From a virus (lineage: Duplodnaviria > Caudoviricetes): DNA of 57,447 nt. The stretch spans positions 1-57,447 of IMG/VR virus record IMGVR_UViG_3300012931_000003. One strand, given 5' to 3'. Position numbers and translations under genes: made by a program. Positions 38,033-47,797 of the stretch are shown here, in pieces. The notes below the pieces were generated by a model, which saw only the letters and a program-made list of their open reading frames with translations, was not told the DNA's origin and did not search any database. Position 1 is the first letter of the stretch; each line of letters opens with the position of its first letter.

Positions 38033-39579
38033 AAAGCGCAATGGCAGAGCTTCAGGAATATTATTTTGATAAGCCTTATGAATATGTGTGTGATATAATA
38101 TTTGAAGGAAATATAAAACTAGACGGTCCTAGAGAAGAGCGAAGAGGTCCAACTGGACAACAAAAAAAAGTATTATTAGCTTGCGGTAAATCAGCGCGAG
38201 ATAGAAGGCCAGTATCGGTAAAATCTGGGCATGGTACAGGAAAAACATGTCTCGCTGCGTGGATAATCCTTTGGTTCCTATTTACTCACCCATACTCAAA
38301 GGTTGGATGCACGGCCCCAACAGAACGACAATTAAAAAACGGATTATGGGGCGAGCTTACTAAGTGGATAAATAGGTCAGAAATATGTAAGGCTTTCTTT
38401 AAGTGGAAAACAGAGACAGTTGAAGTAAAAGGCTTTGGAATGGCATGGGCTGCCGAACTTAGAGCCGCATATAGACCAGAAAATCTTGCTGGTCTTCATG
38501 GAGAGGGCGGAACACTCATAATAGCCGATGAAGCGTCAGGTATTCTTGATGATAACATTTGGGACACGGTAAGTGGAGCTTTGTCAGACGTTGGCTCATT
38601 CCTAATGATGATAGGGAACCCAACTCAAATACGTGGTAATTTCCATAGATCATTTTTCGATAAATCAGGTAGAGCGCGCTGCATAACACTTTCATGCGAG
38701 GATGATGACTATCGAGGAGACCCACACTACGCGAAAGAAATGGCTGCAAAGTACGGAAGAGATTCGGATAGATATCGAGTCCGCGTTTTGGGCGAATTTC
38801 CAATAGACATGCCAGACGCATTTATAAGATTGCGATGGCTTCAGGATTGCTATAACAGAGACTTCACTCAATCTTTAACCCCAGTTGTTTCGATAGATCC
38901 GGCAGATCAGGGGGATGACGATACAGAGATATGTGCTTCTGTTGGGTACAGGCTGGTGTATCGCAGGACCATGGCTGGAGAAACTGATGGACCTATGAAT
39001 GCACAGGGGGTATTGGTAGCAATTCATTACATGCGACAGAATTGCAAGGAGTTCGGCTTCCATAAAGACGTTCCAATAACAGTAGTAGTAGACTCGACCG
39101 GCCTTGGGGCTGCGACAAGAGATGCACTTAGAGTGTTTGAGCGTGTTGAAAATTTCAAATTAATCTGCGTAAATGCTGCCGAGTCTGGAAATGACGAATA
39201 TGAAAGGATGAGCGACTTACTCTGGGGAAATCTAAAAACATTAATATCGCATGTATCGATACCAAGAAGAAGCGATAGTTTCGAAGATGGGAGAGTTGTA
39301 AAAGAAAGCAGGCGCGGAGACGGTTTTGACGACGCTGAGTATTTTGAAGAACTTGAGGATCAGGTATGCGGCAGAAAATATACAATAAATCCTTCGAGCG
39401 GAAAGATATCACTTGAAACTAAGGCCGACTTAAAGAAGCGCGGAAAGCCGTCTCCAAACATGGCGGACGCTCTCACACTGCTCATGGTCCCATTCATGAG
39501 GTATGGTATTGACTCAAAGCCGAGTAACGGTAAAAGATATAGTATTAAGGCGAAGAGTCCTTATGACGGAGACTACTGA
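38029..39579 (+). CDS. terL: Terminase large subunit
   Basis: SGHGTGKT, IADEASG, IGNPT, SIDPA, VDSTGLG, SPNMADAL. Confidence 0.95.
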   Translation: MKSAMAELQEYYFDKPYEYVCDIIFEGNIKLDGPREERRGPTGQQKKVLLACGKSARDRRPVSVKSGHGTGKTCLAAWIILWFLFTHPYSKVGCTAPTERQLKNGLWGELTKWINRSEICKAFFKWKTETVEVKGFGMAWAAELRAAYRPENLAGLHGEGGTLIIADEASGILDDNIWDTVSGALSDVGSFLMMIGNPTQIRGNFHRSFFDKSGRARCITLSCEDDDYRGDPHYAKEMAAKYGRDSDRYRVRVLGEFPIDMPDAFIRLRWLQDCYNRDFTQSLTPVVSIDPADQGDDDTEICASVGYRLVYRRTMAGETDGPMNAQGVLVAIHYMRQNCKEFGFHKDVPITVVVDSTGLGAATRDALRVFERVENFKLICVNAAESGNDEYERMSDLLWGNLKTLISHVSIPRRSDSFEDGRVVKESRRGDGFDDAEYFEELEDQVCGRKYTINPSSGKISLETKADLKKRGKPSPNMADALTLLMVPFMRYGIDSKPSNGKRYSIKAKSPYDGDY

Positions 39580-41051
39580 TGGCATGGAATTTCCCATTCT
39601 TCAAAAGCACAACCAGTTCAGAGTTCCGGTCTTCAGCTACGTGCTCTCCTCCCGGTAAAGATTTAATACTTGAGGAAAGACTTGACTCACAAAGAATTAG
39701 ATCGATTTGGAATAACACAGACAAGGAATACAAGCTATCCGCATCTGTAGTTATTTGCGGAATACAAGCTCTTATCGATTACGTTTCATTTCCAGAATTC
39801 TCATCATCTTCAAAGTCAGAGATAAAAAAAGAAATAAATAGGATAACCAAATACGACTCCGACACTTTTAATAGGAAGTCTTTTACGGAAGGAAACTTCT
39901 ACGTTTGGTCAAACTACAACTCTGAGAAAAAACAACTTGAGCATGTAATATTTGGACATGACGAAATGTATAAGCCTTTCTTTGATGTTGATACTCACGA
40001 GCTTATTGCAATCAAATTTAAGCAGACTATAAAGTTCTTGAAGCCTGACACGACAGAGGCATCAACAACTAGATATATGTATTTTGATAACAAGAATATA
40101 ATAACAGAATACGAAAATGACTTACCTCCTGGTAAAAAAAGGAAAACTACATTTGAACATGGGCTTGGTGTAATTCCAATAAAATATTGGGCGTTCAATA
40201 AAGGAAACGATGAGATTGAGGGACATGGTTTTGTAGAGCCGTGCGAACCTCACATGCGTATATTGCATGACGTTATGCTAAATAGGGCAATTGAGGATCG
40301 CCGTTCTTCCAGAAAGAAACTTTCAATAACAGGATTCAATGCTGACGAGTGGATAGACAATACAAAAAAGGTAAATGGATTTGTTGACGAGCATGGCGCC
40401 GCAACTTCAAGCTCAATAGACCTTGAACAGATGGAAGCATTTTTTAATACTATAAAAAACGATGGCAACGCAGAGAAAATAGCATACCTCATTCCAGAGC
40501 AGTCGGCAGCAGACTCAATACAGATAGCCAAGCTTTGCTTTACCAATATAATAGAAATACTTGGAGTTCAGGAATTTGTATTTCCACCGAAACTCGGAGC
40601 ATCATTCGCTTCGGTTGAAGCCCAGATCCCAAGATTCGTGAAAAGAATAGAATCTCTTCGAGGGCAAATGGAAATGCTGTGGCTCGCTCAGTGGGAACTC
40701 GATGCTGCCGTTATGTCAAAGGCCACCCTTGGAAAAACAGGGACCACCGTAAAGGCCATATGGAAACGCCTTGACCTTGAAAGCCAGGAGCTTCGCGCTC
40801 AGATCGTAAACTACATGATGTCGTCAATGAAGATTGCGAAAGAATCAGGGTTGATGACTGACGAAGAGATCCGAGCCTACCTAGATTCTTTCATGTGCCA
40901 ACTTAAAGACAATGATGAGTTCGAGAAGGGAAAAGAAAAGATGTTGAAAGACCTGGAAGCCGTAAAGAAGGCTTTCGGAGCTGGAAAAGAAAACGAGCAG
41001 GACGGAGACAAAAAGATAAACAACAAAAATAGAGATAAGGATAAAGGATGA
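39579..41051 (+). CDS. Portal protein
   Basis: 490 aa directly after terL; HGLGVIPI...GHG pattern reminiscent of SPP1-type portals. Confidence 0.7.
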   Translation: MAWNFPFFKSTTSSEFRSSATCSPPGKDLILEERLDSQRIRSIWNNTDKEYKLSASVVICGIQALIDYVSFPEFSSSSKSEIKKEINRITKYDSDTFNRKSFTEGNFYVWSNYNSEKKQLEHVIFGHDEMYKPFFDVDTHELIAIKFKQTIKFLKPDTTEASTTRYMYFDNKNIITEYENDLPPGKKRKTTFEHGLGVIPIKYWAFNKGNDEIEGHGFVEPCEPHMRILHDVMLNRAIEDRRSSRKKLSITGFNADEWIDNTKKVNGFVDEHGAATSSSIDLEQMEAFFNTIKNDGNAEKIAYLIPEQSAADSIQIAKLCFTNIIEILGVQEFVFPPKLGASFASVEAQIPRFVKRIESLRGQMEMLWLAQWELDAAVMSKATLGKTGTTVKAIWKRLDLESQELRAQIVNYMMSSMKIAKESGLMTDEEIRAYLDSFMCQLKDNDEFEKGKEKMLKDLEAVKKAFGAGKENEQDGDKKINNKNRDKDKG

Positions 41052-41102
41052 TTGGTATTGACTTATTGATATATACGTAACATATCTATATTGGAGACTA
41101 GC

Positions 41103-42254
41103 ATGGTTAAGTATAAGGAAGACGAGACAGTTTTTATAACATCTCAGTACGAGGAGAAGCCGTCTCCTTCCGTTGACCTTGATATTATAAACTCAGTCCC
41201 AATGTCTGCGGCAAATAAGAAAAGATTCGATATAGTTTCCAAAAACGATACTGAGCCATTTGAATTTGTGCAGGCAATAAAGTTTGGAGAAAAGTATCCG
41301 TGCCAGGGAATTCCAATTGGCGCTACTTTTTCTAAGTCTTGGGCTGATAGTTATGCAGACAAAAGCAACAGGGTTTTAATACCTGGATCTGCATTCGGTC
41401 ACGTAGCAGATGAAGCCTCCTGGAAAATGCAAAGGGCAAAAAATCAGCTATATGTAACAGGAGCAAAGGTAATCGGAGAAGATACTTTGCTTTTGAGACA
41501 TTACGTTTCCAGGGAAATGGATGAGCACGAATACAATCTTCTTATAAAAGAAATAAAAGCTGGCCTACTTTCAACTTCTATATACGAAAGGACCAAATAC
41601 GAGGTTTCTATTGACGAGAAAAAAGGTACTGAAAAACTAGTAGCAATAGAGTCTCTTGGAAGGCAAAGAAATGATTTAGTGGAATGGGACCAAACCGGAA
41701 TGCCAAGTAAATTGATGGCGACTTCTCAGAAGGCGTCCATTGAGAATAATCAAGAACAAGGAGAAGCCAGTATGACACATTCCGAATTGATTGCGGCTCT
41801 CAAGGCGTCAATCGTCGAGAACCGTACCGATCCGTTGAGTGTCGTGAAAGACCTCGGGCTGGAAATCTCCGTCATGACTGCGGAAAACAAGGCGGATCTC
41901 GACCGCTTCACCGCTCTCAAGGCGAAGGTCGAAGACCCGGAATCATTCATCGCCACCAATCTCTCAGCTCAGGGCGAAGCATTCAAGACCCTGAAAAACG
42001 CGGCCATCGAAACTGAGTTCGGAAAGAGCAAGGATCTCAAGGACCTCGCGCTGGACATGTTCCAGATCAAAACCGGAGGGCAGAAAGAGATCAACGCCGA
42101 GATCGAGCGCATCAAGGGGCTTGAGTCTGTGAAGACTCTTGCCGCGAAAAACGCCGATGGCCGTGACGGAAAGATCGTCGAAGGCTCAACCCAGACGAAG
42201 AGCATCTTCGATAAAAAAGAAACGTTGATCGTCGGGAGGAAGTCAAATGGCTAA
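41103..42254 (+). CDS. Prohead protease-scaffold protein
   Basis: Position; GH...STSI protease-like N-half and helical C-half; GGAG RBS before ATG 41103. Confidence 0.6.
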   Translation: MVKYKEDETVFITSQYEEKPSPSVDLDIINSVPMSAANKKRFDIVSKNDTEPFEFVQAIKFGEKYPCQGIPIGATFSKSWADSYADKSNRVLIPGSAFGHVADEASWKMQRAKNQLYVTGAKVIGEDTLLLRHYVSREMDEHEYNLLIKEIKAGLLSTSIYERTKYEVSIDEKKGTEKLVAIESLGRQRNDLVEWDQTGMPSKLMATSQKASIENNQEQGEASMTHSELIAALKASIVENRTDPLSVVKDLGLEISVMTAENKADLDRFTALKAKVEDPESFIATNLSAQGEAFKTLKNAAIETEFGKSKDLKDLALDMFQIKTGGQKEINAEIERIKGLESVKTLAAKNADGRDGKIVEGSTQTKSIFDKKETLIVGRKSNG

Positions 42255-43158
42255 GATCGTACAGCATCTTTTCGGTCAGAACGTCGCCGCCATGGAGGCC
42301 CGCATCGAAACGGAAGCCCTCTATGACGCGCTGAATAGCGGCGACTTCATCATCGACATCTACGACGCTGGGAAGGGCGGCGTGTGCCGCGCTCCTTCGA
42401 AAAACAAGTGGGGCGGATCGGTAAATGCACCGGTCCCTGAAGATCCTCGCCCGTATGGATTCTACGCGTCAGTTGAAGGACAGACCGGCGACGTGGTCCT
42501 GTTCGTCAACGACGACAAGACGACCGAAGTGGGAACCGGGTCATTCGCTTACGGCGACCCCGTATACGCAACCCCGGCAGCGAGCCTCAAATGCACCATC
42601 GCGGACACCGCGAGCGTTGGGTCATACTTCATCGGCACCGTCGAAGGCCCACTCCAGACCGCCACGGTGGACGGAAGCACCTACAAATACGTGTGGGTTC
42701 GCCTGCGGAAAGAAGGCGTCGGATTCGCCTCGGTCAACAAGATCGCGTCGGCGGTTCTATCGGGGACTGCCATCGCGGGCGGCGTCGGTGAAGCGGCAAT
42801 CGTTACGGGCGGCGAGACGATCATAATCACGCTCACCGGCGACACCTGGGCCACGTATGACGGTACGGCTCTGTATCTGATCGCCACGGCGGATAAGCTC
42901 ATCGACGGTCTCGCTCACGTTTCCGGCACAGACGATCTGGCCGACATCAAGACGGCCCTCAAGGCTGCTTGCAACTCAACCGACAATACGGCGGTTATTC
43001 GCACGAGCGCTACGGTCATGACGATCACGCTTCCTGCGGTTGCCGGATACTCCATCGCCGCCGACGAGGAAATTTCACTCGAAATAGACGCCGATCTGCT
43101 CGTTTCGACGACCACACCGCTCGCCTCTTCGCCGCACATCACCGTGACGGCTGCGTAA
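42247..43158 (+). CDS. Head decoration/cement protein with extra C-terminal beta domain
   Basis: Between scaffold and capsid; Thr/Ala/Gly-rich; high-expression-type codons. Confidence 0.5.
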   Translation: MAKIVQHLFGQNVAAMEARIETEALYDALNSGDFIIDIYDAGKGGVCRAPSKNKWGGSVNAPVPEDPRPYGFYASVEGQTGDVVLFVNDDKTTEVGTGSFAYGDPVYATPAASLKCTIADTASVGSYFIGTVEGPLQTATVDGSTYKYVWVRLRKEGVGFASVNKIASAVLSGTAIAGGVGEAAIVTGGETIIITLTGDTWATYDGTALYLIATADKLIDGLAHVSGTDDLADIKTALKAACNSTDNTAVIRTSATVMTITLPAVAGYSIAADEEISLEIDADLLVSTTTPLASSPHITVTAA

Positions 43159-43170
43159 AGGAGAAGAAAA

Positions 43171-44316
43171 ATGAGGATCATCGACAAGCATTTCGACGTT
43201 CCAGTAACCATGCAGGGAGAGCGATCAACTATCTCCGGCATGGAAACCATAGCCCTTTTCAAGGACTATGCGTCCGCGATGAAGGGCGGGGCACTTTCAC
43301 AGCAGGCTCTCGACGGAGCGAAAGAATTCGTCGGAGACAGTTTCATCAGGATTTCAGGCCAGACAGAAACCCTTCCGGCCGACCTGTACGATCAGCTTTC
43401 TACCCTCGACCCGACTTGGAAGCCGTACATCATCGACTTCACGCGAACCATCGCCATGCGGGAGAAGGTGTATCAGCCGATCTACGAAACTATGGAGTCA
43501 CCAGACTTCGATGAAACCATGAAGACCATCGACTTCACCGGTTTCTCATCGTTCGCATACACCAAATGGATCGACGGAGCCGCCGTTCTCATGAACACCT
43601 TCCGAGAAGGCGAGAGTGATTCCGTTACCCTCCAGATCCACGCTGGCGGTTACGTCCGAACTCTGCGCGACAAGCTTTTCAATAAGCGCTGGCGCCAAGA
43701 AAAGGTTGCTCGTGCTCAGGCTCAGGGCTACAACGACTTCCTCAACCACTTGTACCTAGGCCCGATCCTGAAGGCTTCGTACACGGGGAAGACGGTCGTC
43801 GTCGGCGACGTTGACGCAACTCAGGCTACTACGTGGTGGGCGAAGAACTGGTCCATCATGAAGCTCGCCAAGGATGCGTACTTCACCGCGAAAGACCCGC
43901 TCGATCAGCCGTTCGAAACTCCGATCCTGATGATGAACAAGGCCACGTACATGACCGCGTTCTCCGACACCCTCGATGCCATCAACTTCGCAGACAGTAA
44001 GAGGTACGCCTCAATGCGAGGATGGTGGAGCGGAATCGTGATTTACGACGGTGCTACCGTTGACTTCGACGGAAGGCCGGTCGTGTATCCGAAGCCTGCT
44101 GACGGAGAGGTCTACATGATCTCACCGAAAACCGGCTTCAAGGAACTCATCAAACAGCCTCTCACTATGGTTACTTCACCCGGCGACGCAAACCACCTGA
44201 GCGAACAGACTCAGGTCTGGTGGGACTGCCGAGGAATCATCTGCGCCGCTGACGACTACGGCGTGAAGATGACCCTCATCATGGCGAGCGACACCACGAA
44301 CGGAATCGCTGCCTAA
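43171..44316 (+). CDS. Major capsid protein
   Basis: 381 aa, AAGGAG RBS, strong codon bias, followed by a terminator. Confidence 0.75.
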   Translation: MRIIDKHFDVPVTMQGERSTISGMETIALFKDYASAMKGGALSQQALDGAKEFVGDSFIRISGQTETLPADLYDQLSTLDPTWKPYIIDFTRTIAMREKVYQPIYETMESPDFDETMKTIDFTGFSSFAYTKWIDGAAVLMNTFREGESDSVTLQIHAGGYVRTLRDKLFNKRWRQEKVARAQAQGYNDFLNHLYLGPILKASYTGKTVVVGDVDATQATTWWAKNWSIMKLAKDAYFTAKDPLDQPFETPILMMNKATYMTAFSDTLDAINFADSKRYASMRGWWSGIVIYDGATVDFDGRPVVYPKPADGEVYMISPKTGFKELIKQPLTMVTSPGDANHLSEQTQVWWDCRGIICAADDYGVKMTLIMASDTTNGIAA

Positions 44317-44318
44317 CC

Positions 44319-44353
44319 AATAGGCGGCGGTGAAATACCCGCCGCCTATTTTT
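44319..44353 (+). terminator. Rho-independent terminator after the capsid gene
   Basis: AATAGGCGGCGG...CCGCCGCCTATT-TTT. Confidence 0.85.
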
Positions 44354-44362
44354 GGAGAATCG

Positions 44363-45992
44363 ATGTCTAGCTACATAACAAGAATCGCTGAACTTTGCGG
44401 CGATCAAGACATGCAAATATTCTCACCAACAAGAATAGCGTCTGCATATGAATACGCTTCAGCAAGATACACTTCAGTTGAAAATAGGTGTTATTCGGCG
44501 GCAGTAGAGCTGCTTACTTCTGACCTTCAAAAATTAATAGACAGATATGAAATAAAATCAGAGAGTGACGGTGTTGAAAAAACAGAGATGCAGTCACTCA
44601 CTGCAATAATTCAAGCAAGAAAATCAATGATAAGTCTTTACCAGAATTCAATAGTTACTGAATCTGTTCGCGGTTCGGCCAGAAGTTTTGGAATTGGATT
44701 TAGAAAGACCATAATTCGAGGAATAAATGACTAGCGATAGACTCACTCGGAAAAGAGAAAGAGTCTCGAAAAGTATTTCCATAAATCCGTTTCATCCAGA
44801 ATTCATTGAAAGGCAGTTTTACAATAGAAGCGAATCAAACTCAATGGACCCTGTTGGAGATCCTATAAAAATACCTGGATTTGTTAATCCGGTAAGAATA
44901 TATAAGAACGAAAAACTAGAAGGAATTGGAATAATTGACGGAGTGCCTTCAGTTGAAACAAAAAGCTACTTAAAAGCTGAGCACGATGAAGAATTGTTTT
45001 ACGGAATGCAGTTTGAATATATGGGATCGAAATACAAGGTACTTCAGCCAGTTCCTGTTATATATTATGGTGGCGTTGCTTTCATTAGGGCAGAGTTAAG
45101 AGACATAACAGAGGGCACTAATTATGCCGATTAAAGTTATAACAAATACTATAAACGAAGGTATGAGAAGTCTTCCAAGGCAAGTTAAACAGTCGGCATT
45201 ATCATTACTTGAATCTTCAGGAGAGGATTCATTAAAAGAAATAAATGGCCGAGTTAAGAATAATGAGTTTTGGATAAACAGAAGCATGAACGCAGCTAAT
45301 AGCATAAAAAAAGAAGTAGTTGATAATGGAGATTCAATAACAGTTGCAATAGGCTTCGAAAAAGGAAAGCCAAACGAAAAAGACGCACCTGAATATTACA
45401 AGTCAGGAAGAAATAGAGAATATGCTGAATATATTTCAGATAGGCAGGAAACACATTTTCTTGGAGCTGTATTGCAATCGTTGTCTAGGAATGTAGTTAA
45501 GCAACTTGACGGGTTTAGGGTCAGAACAGAGCGAGCTACCAGGATTTCAAAATGAGCATATTTGCAAAGTTCTCATTACAAAAATATATAATAGACCACA
45601 ACATATCAGATTCAATTGGAATAAAATCAGGAAGCATATTTCTGTCTGATGGAACAGACGCAATAACAGAAGCGCAGTGTCCTGCGGTTGTTATAGACCA
45701 AATGCCTGACATTCCTGCTGGAGGATACGAAGGATACGATCTATTCACTGTTATGCTTTTTCACAAAAAGATATCATTCGACATAAACGAAGAAATAATA
45801 TTTAGCAAATTGACCGGATTATTCAAAGATCGTAACGCAGTATCGGTGTACAGTTACGATGGAATTGACAGAAAGGATTACTTCGAGTATCAAAATGGAT
45901 CAGAGGATAAATCCGGTATACAGACCGGTGGCAATAAGTTACGATACAAGCAGTTCGCGGTGGCTGCGCCTAAAACCAACGCAAGGAGATAA
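44363..45992 (+). CDS. Four head-tail connector genes (44363-44734, 44727-45134, 45124-45555, 45552-45992)
   Basis: Four overlapping 120-150 aa genes between MCP and tail tube; canonical synteny. Confidence 0.65.
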
Positions 45993-45994
45993 TC

Positions 45995-47044
45995 ATGGGA
46001 GAGAATACTGACGTTTTTTCCGAGTATGCGGCAAGTAGGGCGCTGGCTCGTCGGTTGAATTTCAACGGATCGCTTCCCCTCGCATACCCCATCACGCTTA
46101 CGCTTTCTGCCGATCTTGGCAACGGGGAGACGACCACCGTCGTGTGCCCTGCTGGTCTGTTCGGAAAAGCAGGAACGTTCGACATGTCGAGCTACGTTAC
46201 TGCCACTGAAATCGCTCTCAAATTCATTGAGCGCGGTGAAACCGACACGGTTACCATCCCGTGCGTAAGCGGAGATTTCGTAGCTCCGACCGCCGCAACC
46301 GTCGCTGAGATCGTAACGCTTCTAAGCAAGGTGACTACCGGAATCACTACGGCTGGAAACTTTACCAACATCGGCCATGCATTCACTCCGTCAGTTGACG
46401 GAACCACTGGCAGGCTCAAGATAGTCGGCGCGTCTGGTTCCGAAGTCACCGCCCCAACCATCCTCAATCTCATTTTCGAGATCCAGGACGTGTACGTTGA
46501 TGGAGTCCTCGACAGCGGGTTCGCAACGCTTGTTGGTCTTACCCTTTCCGAGGTCCGGCCCATCCGCAACATGGCGAGCCTCACGGCGACCGCCTCAGTC
46601 ACCGACGCCGAGGAGATCGAGAATACTGACGGAGAAGGAGCGGTAACTACGCTGACCATGGAGCAGGCAACTACCGGATATACCCTGGCCGCGGAAAACG
46701 CCGAGCGCGATCCGTACACAAGGCGGGTCCTTGCGGGAGGGCACATTGACACCAATGGAATATACACTCCGAAACCTTCCAGCATCGCGGCTCCAAAATT
46801 TGCACTGTTTTGCTTCAGCCGCGTGTTCGACGAAGGCTCCGTGTCCCTCACTGGCCAGCGGGAATTCTCGGTGGATATCTACCCAAGCTGCACCGCCGTC
46901 ATCAACAACAACGACAAGGCGTCAAAGGACTTCAATCACGATACCTTCGATATCGTCGCAGTTGACGGACCTTCAATCCCTGCGGCCACCTCGATGCTGA
47001 TCACGACCGATCAGTACTCGGCGCTCGCATTGCTGTACGCGTAA
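45995..47044 (+). CDS. Major tail (tube) protein
   Basis: 349 aa, Thr-rich, high-expression-type codons; precedes chaperone and TMP. Confidence 0.7.
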   Translation: MGENTDVFSEYAASRALARRLNFNGSLPLAYPITLTLSADLGNGETTTVVCPAGLFGKAGTFDMSSYVTATEIALKFIERGETDTVTIPCVSGDFVAPTAATVAEIVTLLSKVTTGITTAGNFTNIGHAFTPSVDGTTGRLKIVGASGSEVTAPTILNLIFEIQDVYVDGVLDSGFATLVGLTLSEVRPIRNMASLTATASVTDAEEIENTDGEGAVTTLTMEQATTGYTLAAENAERDPYTRRVLAGGHIDTNGIYTPKPSSIAAPKFALFCFSRVFDEGSVSLTGQREFSVDIYPSCTAVINNNDKASKDFNHDTFDIVAVDGPSIPAATSMLITTDQYSALALLYA

Positions 47045-47057
47045 GGAATAGCCCGCT

Positions 47058-47639
47058 ATGGAGAAATACATTTTCATAGCGGGCCTTGCCTTATTTTTGG
47101 CAGGGCTCGTTTTTTTTGTAAAAAGCATTCTCAATAAAAACAAATATACTGGAATTGGGTATAAGGAATTTATATCCACAAGATACTTCGTTGAAGACGT
47201 TCCGCTTGGAGGCGGAGTAAAAAAGAAACTTTTATTGCGAGAACTTGACATAAAAGACATTTGTGAAATATCGGATATGCCAAACTGGTTTGTAATGCTT
47301 GAGTCTCGCGGTCCTGACGCAGTCAACAAAGCAAAGAGGGAGCTTGAGGAAAAGAGCGAAGAAGAATTGCTCGACCAGACAAAAAAGTTCTACACGATGA
47401 TGCAGAAAGTAGGCGAGCGCGCAATTGTAAAGTGGTCCTTTTTCGTTGAAGAATGGAAGAAAGTTGACCCTGAATACACTGGCAAATTTGACAAAGAGAC
47501 GCTTGATTGGATGTTTGAAAGGTACACTAATAAGGCGGCCAACATCATAAAAAAAAAGAATTCGTACGCCGTCTTGCAATCACTTGCGAAAATTGTGGCA
47601 AAAGCCCAAGCGACTACTTCGAAGACGTACCAAGGCTGA
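47058..47639 (+). CDS. Tail assembly chaperone (gpG-like)
   Basis: Between tail tube and TMP; contains a slippery site. Confidence 0.7.
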   Translation: MEKYIFIAGLALFLAGLVFFVKSILNKNKYTGIGYKEFISTRYFVEDVPLGGGVKKKLLLRELDIKDICEISDMPNWFVMLESRGPDAVNKAKRELEEKSEEELLDQTKKFYTMMQKVGERAIVKWSFFVEEWKKVDPEYTGKFDKETLDWMFERYTNKAANIIKKKNSYAVLQSLAKIVAKAQATTSKTYQG

Positions 47640-47797
47640 CCGCGTTTTTTATAGACGAATATTGTTCTATAGTTCTTTCAGAAATAAGGCAAGAGCAGCG
47701 TGATAAAGTAGAAAAAGAAAAAAGTGGCGGTAAGGGCAAAAAGAAAAATAAGCCCGAACCAAAAATGGCGTTCCCAAAGAAGAGGGTCGTAATATAA
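47552..47797 (+). CDS. -1 frameshift extension (gpGT-like)
   Basis: In-frame A AAA AAG at 47552-47558; the -1 frame is open (EFVRRLAITC...PSDYF...AFFIDEYC...) to TAA 47795-47797, overlapping the TMP ATG. Confidence 0.8.
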   Translation, partial: KKEFVRRLAITCENCGKSPSDYFEDVPRLTAFFIDEYCSIVLSEIRQEQRDKVEKEKSGGKGKKKNKPEPKMAFPKKRVVI

